From Sphagnum compactum (Eukaryota), in the NCBI GenBank assembly GCA_965153455.1, contig OZ234494.1, positions 5,766,001 to 5,830,000 of the forward strand: a DNA stretch of 64,000 bases, given 5' to 3'. The position numbers and the translations under genes were made by a program. The number at the start of each line of letters is the position of its first letter. Positions within the stretch are counted from its first letter, which is position 1. Under the pieces are notes generated by a model. It saw nothing but the letters and a program-made list of their open reading frames with translations. It made no database searches and was not told the DNA's origin. Positions 26,253-38,990 of this stretch are shown here, piece after piece.

Positions 26253-27668
26253 CACCAAAATGTTTCTTTCATGATTAGGACATTTTCTAGTTATGTCCTA
26301 ATTTAGTCATGTAGTCATATGTCCATTAGTCATATATCTTTAGTCATCTTTGCAACTACATTATGACTACATGATTACAAGGTGGGTACCTAGCTAGTAT
26401 ATACTAGCTAAAACTAAAATACTTTATTTTCCTTAAGTTACTTCATAATATTTTCAATGAAAATAACTTAGTTATTAATACATTTAGCCTTCGTGGATTT
26501 CCTTGGTGAATAGTTAATTTATTTTCATTATTCCCCTTCTTGTAGCAACTAGAATAATTTTTTCAAATGATAACAAATGGCCAAAGAGTATTAAATCATG
26601 AACATTCACAACTAAAAGACTTATGATACCTACCTATTATATGGAAGTATAGGTTTTTTTTAATAAAACAAATTTTTTTTTGACCAATGGCACTTGTATG
26701 GCCCTTTTATCACTGGCCCTATTGATCGAAACAATTGTCTTTTTAACTAGGGGGGTCTTTTTTTATTTGAATTGACTGGATGGTTTATTTGACATATGGT
26801 CAAATTAGTCATCATAGTTATAAATTGAATGGTGAAAAAATACCCATGTCTTTCAAGGCCCTGGCCTTTAGTCAAAATGTAGACATAATGTGGTCAAACA
26901 TGACTATCCGGTCAACTTGCATAATTTGAAAACCAAGAATTCTAATAGTGTATGTATCTAATTTAGGTGATACATTAGTTAATACATACTAACTAGGTAG
27001 GTACCTAGTAAGTACTTACTAATACCTGTCTTAAATACATATTAGTTAAGTAGGTACCTACTTAAGTTAGGTGGTTAAACCTACCAAGGTACCTATTAGG
27101 TTATTAAGTTATATGTTATTAGGTAGGTACCCTAATTAGGTAATTAGGCCACTTAAGTAAGTTTTTTTTAAAAAATTATGATAATATGGTGACAACTTTT
27201 ATCATGTAAATAATGTGGTGCAATGGTTAATGACCATCCCTCAATGTGGAGGTGAAGAGTTCAAATCCTCACAATTGCAACCTAGTCCTATAAGGTTAAC
27301 TAGGCTAGGTTAAGTTGTTAGTTTAGCCTAAATACCTTGCCTAGCCTAGGTTGCTAGCTAGATAGGTTAACCTACATTCCTAGGTTGGTTAGGACCTACA
27401 TTTTTAACATGTAGGCTAGTTTTTTAGCCTAGCTAACCCTAAGCTTACCTAGCCTAAACTAGTAGGTTAGGATAATAGCTTATTAACCATGTTTTCATGC
27501 ATGTAGTTACAAACATCATAATTTAAAAAGACATGTTCTTCATGACTATAGTCGTAAAAGACATTTTAAAATATGTGTCCTAATTGACTACATAGTAATG
27601 TAGTCATGGTTGTTCTAAACGACTAACAACCCAATCATACATGGAGTCATGAAAAACATGTTTTGGTG
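26253..27668. mobile_element. Non-autonomous CACTA-like or foldback element (~1.4 kb)
   Basis: Ends CACCAAAATGTTTCTTTCATGA (26253) and TCATGAAAAACATGTTTTGGTG (27668) are imperfect inverted repeats. Subterminal TAGTCAT/ATGACTA repeats at both ends and many short internal palindromes. TSD not preserved. Confidence 0.55.
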
Positions 27669-29758
27669 CTTGTTGGATTTTTAATAATATTTGCAAAAAT
27701 ACATTATAATATGTGTTCAAACATAACATGTCACATTAGTTTGTGCATAGTGTTCATACCAATTCAATACATATATTAGTTATCAATGTGTTTCTAAAAT
27801 TAACATAGTACATTAATGTACAAAGGAGTTTTTTCAAGCATTCATGTCAAGTAAATACATTGTATATTCATCAATGTATTTGTAATAAGCCTCCATATCA
27901 CCAATAGTATGTGAAATGCAAGGTGTACAAGCAAGTATTTTTATACAAGACTAATATGAGATTAGTATTTCCCTTAGCAATAATGTTCATATTTGTTTAG
28001 GTATTTGTTAGCCTTTGGAAAAAATAATTTAATCTTCAATTACAAGTGGAGTGGAGATGGTTTACTTTGTATATCTAAATTCAACCTTGTCATTTTTGCA
28101 AATAACGAAATTATGTGCATGTATGTTTGTATGTTTGTGCAAGGACATCATACCTACCTATAGACTTGTTGTATCCCCTTACAAACTTACTTACATGTTT
28201 GGCAACTTGTCATTTTTTTTGGAATCATTGAAGTGAATGGTAAGTTATTTCTATTCCAACCTATTTGTCCTTTGCAATTTGTGGACAATTTTTTTTTCTT
28301 CCAAACCTCTTTCCCTTTGCAATTTGGATGGAGATTGTTTCCCCTTCAACCTCCCTCTTTGTTCAAATGATTTTCTTTTGGCACACATAGATACTTATTT
28401 TTGGTTTCCAATTCCTCCTTATCCTATGGAATGTGTGATTCATTTATCTATTCTAATCCCTTGTATAATCACATTCTCCTATGTAATAGGTGGCTACTTT
28501 CCTAACCTCCCTCTTCTTTAGAATGATTTTTTTCCCCCCTCCAACCACCCTTTCCTTTGAAATGGGTGCATTTTTTTTCCCTTCCAATCACCCTTTATTT
28601 TGGATTTGATGGACATTTTTTTTCCTCCCTTAATCTCCTCCTCTCTTAAAATGGATGGTTGCCCCCTCAAATCCTCTTCATGAAGAGTTAGATAAAACAT
28701 GTTAATTCATGCATACCTCAAGTGATCTCATTTCATTTTCATGTCATTTAACTTTAAAGTGTTTCTTCACCATCCCACATCCATGAAAGTCATGCGCATC
28801 CCAACTAATGTGAAAGAATGATTTAACAATTGAAAATTTTCATAATCCAAATATGGGACAAGAAGGGATCTCAAATAGTAATTTTGTTTGCCCCACACTA
28901 GCAACCATTACAATGGGCTTGTGGATTAGCTTTGTCTATGCAACAATACAACACGTGATTACATTCTTAGGGGGGTACAATTGAAAAACTTGGAAGTTGG
29001 CAAGGATTTTTCCATGAACACAAGTCATTTTCAATGTTTTCATTTCACAATTGATAATACCTATGAAGGTGAATCTAACAATCAAAAACATAGAGAAGAA
29101 AAAGGGGAGTGGATTGACAAATGGGAGGGAAAGATTTAATGTGAACCATGTCAAGTTCTAAAAACATGCTTGGACATATGGTTGGTTTTTGGCATTAAAA
29201 AAGATATATGTGAAAGGGATGTTGCATGTGAAACTTTTGTTTTCTGTGCTTGGCAATGTCATATTGGACCTTGCAACATAAGATTGTGAAAGTATCATGA
29301 TCTTGGAACAAAAGAGAATAACTCAAGTCAGGAGAAACCATTTGCACATACATTAGTGCATTTCAACACTTTGGAATTTGGAGGAAAGTAAATCGTGTTC
29401 AACCTCTTTGGGAGATAAGGGATTATAGTTGAGAACGTCAAGGAAATTTAAAGGCTTGCTCAAAACAAAGAATTGCACATTTTTTTCTTCATGATTAAAG
29501 ATACAAAAATGAAACATGGGGATGAAATTCAATTGCTAATGTTAGGTCCAAAATCCACAATTCCATGATGAACATGAAGTAAATGTGAATATGGAAATCA
29601 ATAATGTTCACCTACAATGGAAGGTTTCAAAGTGATTATTGAAGCATAGGTGATAAGAAAATTTCAATTTGATGTTATGTGACAAAGATATTAAATGTTG
29701 AGTTGAACGATTGATCAACAAATTAACAACATATTGAAAAAGGAAGGAATTGCCCAAA

Positions 29759-31450
29759 ATGCCTACATCAATGTTACTAATGAAGGAACCTATTCAATTG
29801 TCTTCCATATTGGAACCATCACAAGTGATTGCATTCTCCACACTCACAAAAATCATTGGCACTCTTGGGCCTCAATCACGATCTGTGGAAACACTTGAAA
29901 ACCTTCTTAAGGCTGGCATGTCAGTGGCTCGTTTTGATTTTTCATGGGGAGATGAAGCCTACCATCAAGAGACTCTTGACAATTTGAAGACAGCAGTCAA
30001 GAATACCCGTCGTCTATGTGCCATAATGTTGGATACTGTAGGGCCAGAACTCCAAGTTGCGAATCCTAGTAATGAGCCAATCAATTTAACACAAGGGGAC
30101 AAGATACTACTCACACCTGACAAGAAAGTGGTAGCATCTTCAAAGATTTTACCAATGAATTATCCAGAACTTTCTTATGCAATTAAGCCAGGAGATGAAA
30201 TTTTTGTGGGACAATACCTTTTCACAGGAAGTGAAAGCACATCTGTTTGGCTTGAAGTGATAGATGCAAATGGATTAGATGTTGAATGCATGGTGAAAAA
30301 CACAGCAACACTTACAGGGACACTATTCACAGCACTTGCTTCCCAAGTTCGCATTGCACTTCCTACATTGAATGATATAGATAAAACCACATTGCAAACA
30401 TGGGGAATGCGTAACCAAATTGATTTTGTGTCTCTTTCTCACACACGACATGCTAATGATGTGCGTTTGGCACGCTCACAATTGTCTAAACTAGGAGATC
30501 TTTATCAAACTCAAATCTTTGCAAAAATAGAAAATGTAGAAGGTTTGGAACATTTTGATGAAATTTTGAAAGAAGCAGATGGAATCATTTTGTCTCGTGG
30601 AAACCTTGGCATTGATTTACCAGCTGAAAAGGTGTTTTTATTCCAAAAAACAGCAATACAAAAATGCAACTTGGCAGGTAAACCTGCCATTATAACTCGT
30701 GTTGTGGATTCCATGGTTGATAGCCCTCGACCGACACGTGCAGAAGCAACTGATGTGGCCAATGCAGTTCTCGATGGTACCGATGGCATAATGCTTGGAG
30801 CTGAAACTCTTAGGGGCAATTATCCTGTTGAAACTATCACAACCATTCGTAAAATTTGTGGTGAAGCAGAGAATGTGTATAATCAATCATTATATTTCAA
30901 AAAAACAATCAAAGCTGTTGGAGAGCCTATGATGCATTTGGAATCGATTGCTTCATCAGCTGTTAAAGCTGCTACCAAAGTGCAAGCTTCTATGATTGTT
31001 GTGTTTACATCATCGGGACGTGCTGCTCGTTTAATTTCCAAGTACCGACCAACAATGCCAGTGCTCACAGTTGTGATTCCAAGATTGACCACAGATCACT
31101 TGCGATGGAGTTTTACTGGTGCATTCCAAGCAAGACAATGCCTCATTGTTCGTGGCCTTTTCCCCATGCTTGCTGATCCCCAAAATCCAACTGATTCCTC
31201 AACATCCACAAATGAAATGATTTTGAAGGTGCATTTGTTAACACAAACTTGAATTATGATTTCATTGCTACTTGTTTACTTTAAGGTTTACATGAATTTG
31301 GACCATGATAATTATATGGTGGGGGCAAATTTTGTGCAGTTAGCTTTGGACCATGGAAGATCAATAGGCCTTATCAAAGAAAAAGATCGAATTGTGGTAT
31401 GTCAAAAACTTGGGGACTCATCTATGGTCAAAATTGTTCAATTGGATTAA
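29759..31450 (+). CDS. Cytosolic pyruvate kinase, 526 aa. Exons 29759-31228 and 31340-31450
   Basis: Motifs [58 protein letters not shown] and [11 protein letters not shown]. One in-phase GT-AG intron of 111 nt. Confidence 0.96.
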
Positions 31451-32337
31451 GTTAATCATATTCTCATTTTGATAAGCATAACCCTTGAAGCTCTTGTGCT
31501 TCCATCATGTTGCATTCATAATCAACTCTTATTACTCACTTTAATGTTTCCATGGTGCCCAATCTTATAAGCAATTCCTTCACCAACCTTATATTGTAAA
31601 AGCAAAATTTCACCTATTGATTTCATCTAGTGAACTTGTTACTCTAAATTCATTTGTTATTTTTTGTTAACCACTCAAACATGTTAGATTGTAAAGTTAG
31701 TCTTCTACATATAAGCATTTATAAGAACTTAGAATGTCACAATTTCATGTAAGATGAAGAGTTGGAAGGTTTTGAATGAATGTTGTACTAACTTGGAAAG
31801 CTTAAGAAAGAAAATAAGAACACGCCTTTTTGAGGAGTTGGAAGATATGTTTGTTTTTTCAATATTGTTAATCAAGTTAACATGCTTATGTGTCTTTCTT
31901 TTTTTGAGTAGTTGGAGGAATTTGTCTTCTTAGTATTGTTGATCATGTTATTTTCTTTTGTTTTTCTTTGCACAAAGTAAGCTTCTATATGAACTCATGT
32001 ACTTAGTTTTGCACTTCTTATCATGTAGTCTATTCCCACAACAATATAGTCCTCTTTTCTTCCATTTTTTTGTTCATTGTTGCATGCTTTCAAGGATAAA
32101 TAGCTGAAATCAGATTCCTCATTGTCAAGCAAATGTAGTGATGATATGTAGTTTAAACCTTGTCAACAAAACAATTCAGACATTTTTTTTTGCCCAAATG
32201 AGTGAGTAAAATAATCCATTTCACTAGACCATTGCAATGACCAAAGACATTCCAACTTGTTCTCTACAAATTGGATACACACAATAAAAGAAGAAACATT
32301 GTTACACAATCTTTCTCAACTTCTCCAACACCTTTGA

Positions 32338-35300
32338 CTAAAAGAAGTTGCTGAGATGGGTGAGCAGCCAGGTAAGTTCAATGCCACAACAATCTACAGT
32401 TGTGTCAGAGGTATCTGCAGCAATTTCAAGGCATCTGTGGAATAGAGACCAGTCTCTCAGCAATGCATAATATCTGAAAACAAAGGTCTTTTTTCTTGAG
32501 ACTTAAGGGCTTTCCTCCACAGTCATATGCAAAAAGAAAGTTGCTTGACTAGGAGGACACGTAATTCTCTGGCCACTTGAAACAAGCAGTGCTGCTGTTA
32601 GAAAGTATATATGGCTTGGCACCTCCTACACATTCCTACAAGAGAAACATCAACCTGACCACCAAATGACAGATTGTAATTGAAAGAAAACAGCACTCTG
32701 GATTGGCAAACAAAGACATGTAGCAGATATATACATAGAATTTTTCAGACCATGGTAGGCAAATCCAGAGAAAGATAGGTTGTGGGACTTGGAAGGTAGA
32801 CCCCACAGAAGATGAATTTCCACCCACCAAACCACCCCTGAACCAAACTAAGAAATTTATGTAAGTTCGCATCTAAACCTACTCAATACAGCTGATATCT
32901 TACACGCCGATCAAAGAACCCTCCAAGACCTGCCAGGATTTTCGGCATGTCCCTGATCCTTGCCACTGTAGCCGTTCGAGCAGTGCTTCAGCACGGCTTG
33001 CATCATCTTTACATCTGCTCACCCACTCTTTGTTCTTGAGAGCAAGAGTCAGATAAGTCTCGGCTTCAATTTTCTCCTCAAGAAGCACACACACCTGGGC
33101 ACAGGCTCCATGTATCCTACCCAGCAGTTCAGAATACACTGGCATGTTCCTGGAGGACCCACACTCATCTACACATAGCTCCACACATGGTGAACTTTCT
33201 TTCTCTCCTGCCTGTTCATGGCCATTGGGCAATTGGAACACCAAAAGCTTTGAGGCATCTTGCAACTTGGAGACAGAAGGCCTACAAAGGGAGCTGTCAT
33301 TTGAAAGGCCGGATTTTCCCTGTAGTAAAAAGGCAGCAGCCTTCAGATCATGTTTCACAGTTTCCAAAAGGACCAGTTGTTTTGCATCCCCCTGTGATCT
33401 TGACATGGACTGATTCTTCCATGGACCTTTCAAATGCAATGTGGTCTGCAGCACATATCAGGAGAAGTGATGGAGCATAAGCAATTAAGGCATGTGAGAC
33501 TGCTGAGGTGCAGGACGGCAGTGCTTGGAGGATGAATAAATCATTACTACATACAAACATCCACATTAAAAGATACATAATGTGCAGGGATACATTAAAG
33601 AGACCCACAAATGTAAACAGAGGGGAAAGTGTAGGCAAAAAGGGGCCAACCTTGAGGGAAGCAAGACAAAAAAGTGCCTCAGCATGCTCATAGGGTAGGT
33701 CACACACACTGAAGCTGTCTACAGCTGCTTGCAAGCTCTTCAGATACTGCTCTCCCTGCTGCAGATTTGCGAGGAGCCTAGACAGGCACATACAACAACA
33801 GCAGAACAGGCATAGACTGAATGACTGCAGAATAAAGGTGGATTCTTCAAGAGAGGTTCTACCATTCCTGTGCATTGGAGATGCAGCTTTCATATACGAC
33901 AGCAATGTCAATTTGCCAATTTGCCAAACCAAGTCTCATCCCTTTCAAATGCACACACAATGGGCCCTTTTCCATGGAAATATTTGGTGAAAACAATTCA
34001 TTGCAACCCACCTGAGACAACGAGCCTCTTCAGCTTTGAGTTGTAGGTGACGGGCTGCCACAAGGGCTCCCAGAAGTAGTTTCTTTCCTGCATCCACATT
34101 GTGCCCTTGTAAAGCTGCTGCCCCAGCCAGCCGACCAGCCTTGACAACAAGCTCTTTGAGTTCATCATTATCAGCTTCGCCGTTTACCTCCTTGTCCCCA
34201 TTCTCCTCCCTCTCTGCTTCACAGTCTGTAAACAGGCAAAATTATGTAATTCGTAAACTTTCCCCAAAACCCAAGATGCATACAACTCAAAACATTCTTC
34301 CTGCCCAAACCTACCAGGCCACCTTTCTGTTCCCATTACCACCCCACCCTCAAGTCACCCACAAAGGTACCAGGGACTTTTCCCACAGGGGTACCTTTTC
34401 CCATTACTACCCCCCATTGCTCTTCCTCAAACTCCTCTTGTTCTGCACAAACTGGGCATGCGGCTCATGCCTGAAGGTTAACAAGATACAATATAACAGG
34501 AACAGCCTAGACAAGATCATTGCCCACAAAATCATTTCCCCATTAGCTTTACAGCATTTTAAGGGCATCTTATCTCATCAGATTTCCCTCTTGTTGTGCT
34601 TTGCCCAAAAATATTCAACAGAAAAACACTATCCATTGGACCCCACATATTAAACAAGCACTGCCCACCTTTAAAGAGTAAAATAGCTGCTGTAAAAAGA
34701 GCATGAGCCCTGTTCCACTCTCCCCGGATTAATTGGCACTTCCCAGCCTCCAAAAGGCATTTCCCAGCATCAAGCCTTAGGCCACTGGACTGGCATGCAC
34801 GCAGCACCTGAAGATGGCACTTCTCAGCCCAACAAGTATGCCCAGTTTGAGCATAGAGAGCTGCAACAGAAATCCATGCTGCCACTTGACCTCGAACTGC
34901 TTGTTTGGCAACTTCTTTAGATTCTGGAGCAGCATCCTTCAGGACACTTCTTTCAGCCTCTCTGTGAGAAAGAAACAGGAGATTGTGTTCAGATTCCTGA
35001 AATTGTCTGGACACAGTGGAGTCAACACTAAATCAATCCTCCAAATTGAGGTCTATATCATCAGATTCAAAGCTGCTGCTATTAGACAAATAGAAGTCAA
35101 CATGCATAGAAGTTGGCATACCGGAAAAGGCGTGCAGCTGCTTCATATTCCACCATGGCTCCTGAAGGCTCCCCCTACAGTAAGCAATCCAGAAAGTTAC
35201 ATTACTAGCTGCAAAACAGGCATTTTGTCAATCTCAACGAGTAAAGAATTGTGAAACTTTTGGGTCACCTGCACAGCCAACTTTGCAGCATGAATCATGC

Positions 35301-37427
35301 AGCGCACAGCGCGGTGACAGGACTCTGGGAACCCTGCTGCCATGGACTCATTAATCTCAGGTCGATCCACAAGCAATTCATCCATCTGGACAGCCAGGTC
35401 ATCTGCAATAGGAGCTTGGGGTGGAAGGACCACTTGATTGGTCCCAGTGTTTGCCATGGGCTCTCCAACAACACCACCGGCTCCATCATACAGCTGGCTA
35501 TTTGCAAAAGATGGACTGTCATTTCTGAAACCAATTGCAAGCTCTTTAGGTTCAAGAGAATCCCAGGCCTGCCCATTTGGTGTGCCTGTGTCCATCTCCG
35601 GGAAGCAGGTTGATGAATATTCTTGGACACTTGAGTCTGAAGTAGCATCTTTGTGGACAAGCTTGCCATTGTTGTGATTGTTATCATCAACACACTCTTC
35701 TAACAAAGTCAATTCAACTGGGCAGGCAGCCACTTCAGACTCGCTTAGGTGAGCACACATTGGTACCTTATTCACAATCTTTGTACAATGATGAACCACA
35801 TCATCAGTTGACAGACTGTCATGAAGTGAAGGTAGAGGTTCTTGTCTTGTCTGGGCTTTGAAAGAACTAAGTGTTTCAGCCAACTGATGAGGGCCTGTAG
35901 AAGCATGGGATCTGCACAAACCAACACAAATTTCAGCTGGAATGTAAGGTCTATCTCAAGGGCCTTTGAGGCCAGCCGTCACATAAACATACACAATCAT
36001 AAGCAGAGAACTTTTGATTCTAGAACTGACTATGGGTCTGTCACTTCATGATACCTCTTGATTCTTCATCTACCTTTGTCATGAGAAGCCCACTGTGACA
36101 TACTAATGAAATGAGGACACAGGCAAAATGCACACCAGATAACAAAATGATGAACCTATCATTAAAAACCATCCAGCCACACAGAGCGTAGTCTGCTGAA
36201 TGCCAGCCTTAATTGAGAACCCACCTAGCATTTGAACTTCCAACACACTTCTTAGCCTTAGCAATGGATCCCTGCTTCTTTCCAGATGACTGTGAGTTGG
36301 ACTGGCCTTTGTTCTTATGGCGGAGGTGTTTCTGGTAGCTGTGACGTGACAGATAGATAGGCAACTGCTGATTTTGTCCCAAGGTGTGTGACACTGTGCT
36401 ACAGATAGGATCATAAACATCTGGATGCCAGTTCACATGAAGTTTTGGGCGTGGTCCAAGACCAATCCCTTCATGCCCTCCACGCAAAGCTGATTTCAGA
36501 GGCTCCAATGTAGCCTGCATCCAAAAAGTATACAGTCAACAAGTGTCATCCACTGAAACTCAGTGAGAACAAGACCACAGCCATCATACAAAGCTAGGGA
36601 ACAGGGGAAATAAGGGCAATCAGTGCACAGATGATATGAAAGCCCTAGCAGGCAGATTGACATGATGTAAAAGCAGGAGCAAAACAAAGAAAGGAAACAA
36701 GAAGACGTCATTTCTGGATATAAGGGAAGACACAAATGCTTACTCTTGTAGACTTGGTCACAGACAAAATTGGGCTACTTTGCTCTGAAGAGCTGGAAAG
36801 GGACAGATCTGTTGTCTCTGACTTGTGCATTGAGTTTTCCCCATGGTCTGAAAGCTTAGACTCCCTCCTGATTACAATATTTGGAGTTGAAGGCTTCAAT
36901 GAGGAAAGGACACTGCTAGGGAGGGTGCCTCCAGCCTCTTGTTCTTGCTGAGATGTTTTGACTTCAAAGTTGTTGTTTGGTGCACATTCTGTGGCATTGG
37001 AAAGGGAAATGCTGCCCTTCCCTTTTTTCTTCTTTCTTCTCCGCTTATCCTTCAGAGAATAGGTTGGTGGTAAGGAATCAAAGATATTGCCCCTGCTGTC
37101 CTGGAGCTCGCTGACATCTGGAGATAAACCAAGATGTGAACTTGACCTCCACACCTTAGCTGGATTGATCGCTTCAGATAACAGATCACCACCTCCATGT
37201 CTGGATTGAGCCAATACCAAAGGCACTGATGACAGTGTGCCAGCAGAAGGCAACAAAACGCGCAGATGTGAACTCCGTGAACTTTTTGCGTGATGGCAGT
37301 GGCTATCACACTCAAAACACAGTGCAATTCCACAATGCTCGCACCATAGCAACTCTCTCGCTGCTTCTTCACAGTCTTCACAAAATCTCCCTCCTGCGAG
37401 GTTGTGGCATGCCTGGTTAATGGACAT
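32338..37427 (-). CDS. Uncharacterised ~993-aa protein: B-box zinc finger, low-complexity linker with WxPDVYDP motif, TPR-like helical C-terminus. Exons 37427-36744, 36514-36225, 35911-35269, 35174-35122, 34961-34669, 34225-34012, 33777-33651, 33445-32904, 32473-32338
   Basis: All nine exons join by GT-AG in matching phase without stops (2982 nt). B-box CEDC…WCEHCGIALCFECDSHCH…SHLRV. The last junction and the start codon are the least certain. Confidence 0.75.
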
Positions 37428-38480
37428 CTGCAACCACACACACTCATTCGCAATGAGAATAGATTCTGAAAAGATCACGATCTTAAAAAGTATTCAAAAC
37501 CAATTGCATTCCTGTTCACGCACCATCTTCCCTCGCAGAACTTGATAATCGCCATAATAACGATGTCGTTGGCTAACTACGGTGAGACGGCAAGCTGCAG
37601 GTGCATCACAAAAAGACACGTTCTACTTTACTTAATGACCGCAGGACTGTCCTTTCCAAAGACACCAATCGGATGCTGCTCCGGCTGCTGTATTCGACGG
37701 CCAACCCTCACGTGTTCCAAAAAAAAAAAAAGGCCACGCACAAATACTCATTCCCCCCAGACTCAACAGAAGTCCAAGAAACGCATAGAAGAAGGGACGG
37801 AGAGAGGAAAAAAGTTCAAAAACGATGGCAGCGGAAGGTACCTCAGATTAAAGCCCGTGTTGGAAAAACTAGAGGAAAGTTTTTTTTCACAGATTCGAAA
37901 ACCTTCGCATCAGTCGAACGGAAACAACGGCCAGCGGTATGGGAGAAATCTCGGATCCTAAAATCCTCACGAATCGCAAATCTCCTTTCACGCCTGTCAC
38001 CAGGTCCTACAAAAGTACGGCCATCGTGGATAATGGAAAAAAAGTTCGCAAAGAAATGCCGCAGAAACAAAACGAAAGAAGCAAAATGAACCGAAATTTT
38101 TTGAAAGCATTTCACAAACAGGTAGGCACCTATGCAGACATGAAACTCGTTTCCTCCATGGCTGGTTACTCACGGATCCGTGCGACAAAGCAGAAGATGG
38201 TCGCAAATCTCGTAACCCTCACTTTGTCCTCTTCTTCTTCGTCTTCGTCGCGAGGAAGCTGCACTGCGCACGCAGGCACGGACTTCGACGAAGTAAGACG
38301 ACGACACGGGCGTTATACAGGACATTCCGTCGTTTCGGATTTGTCTTTTGCCACGTGTCTGTTTTTAATTGCTGGAATGAGTGGAATTTTGCACTCGGAT
38401 TTGCACGATTGGCAACATGCGATTTGCATTATGAGTTCGAGAGATTCCGACCGCCCGATGACGATGTCGAGTACTGATCG

Positions 38481-38590
38481 TCGACAATCGGTTTCGACCG
38501 TACGATGATCATCGATTGTCTTCGACAGTCGGTTTCGACCGCACGATGATCATCGAATGTCTTCGACAGTCGGTTTCGACCGCACGATGA
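38481..38590. repeat. 41-bp CpG-rich tandem repeat (~2.7 copies) between the divergent B-box and RH57 genes
   Basis: Units start at 38481, 38522 and 38563. The first two contain the perfect palindrome CGATGATCATCG. Confidence 0.9.
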
Positions 38591-38891
38591 CGATGACCGA
38601 CGTAATTAAATTGTCGACGATAAGCCGGTGTTGATAAGACGATGTATGATCGTACATCGTCGACGATAGTTGGTATCTGGACGAGGAAGTTCGTCAAATG
38701 TCGACTTTTATCGTCTTCTTATCGTTATCCCCAAAAAAAACCCCCCCCAAAAAAAAAAAAATCGAAAAAAAAAAGGAGTGAGAATTTTGACCCCCAAAAG
38801 TGCGCACTTGGGCACTTTGTTCCCCAAAGTTCTCTTCCGCTTCGTCTTCGTCGTCATTTTCTTCTCGTCTTGTCCTCCGGCTCGCACTTTG

Positions 38892-38914
38892 TTAGGGTTT
38901 GGGGTTTAGGGTTT
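38892..38914. promoter_or_regulatory. Telo-box cluster (TAGGGTTT x2) just upstream of the RH57 start codon
   Basis: Sequence TTAGGGTTTGGGGTTTAGGGTTT. Telo-boxes are established elements of plant translation and ribosome-biogenesis genes. Confidence 0.6.
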
Positions 38915-38990
38915 GATGCGCGCTGTTTGTTACATGCCCATCAGGAGGAGGAGGAGCAGCAGCAAGCAACTGCGGAATCAATCACCAGGC

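Noticed and set aside
32550..32635. Extra exon of the B-box/TPR gene
   Set aside because: Usable only with weaker donors, and it otherwise ends at an early stop. The direct 32904 to 32473 junction is in phase with a stronger donor. It cannot be excluded without cDNA.
37542..38508. Overlapping plus-strand ORFs of 139-189 aa
   Set aside because: Low-complexity translations with no recognisable domain; best explained as GC-rich promoter or 5'UTR sequence of the minus-strand gene.
38481..38590. CRISPR-like array of palindromic repeats
   Set aside because: The units are contiguous with no unique spacers, there are no cas genes, and the context is eukaryotic.
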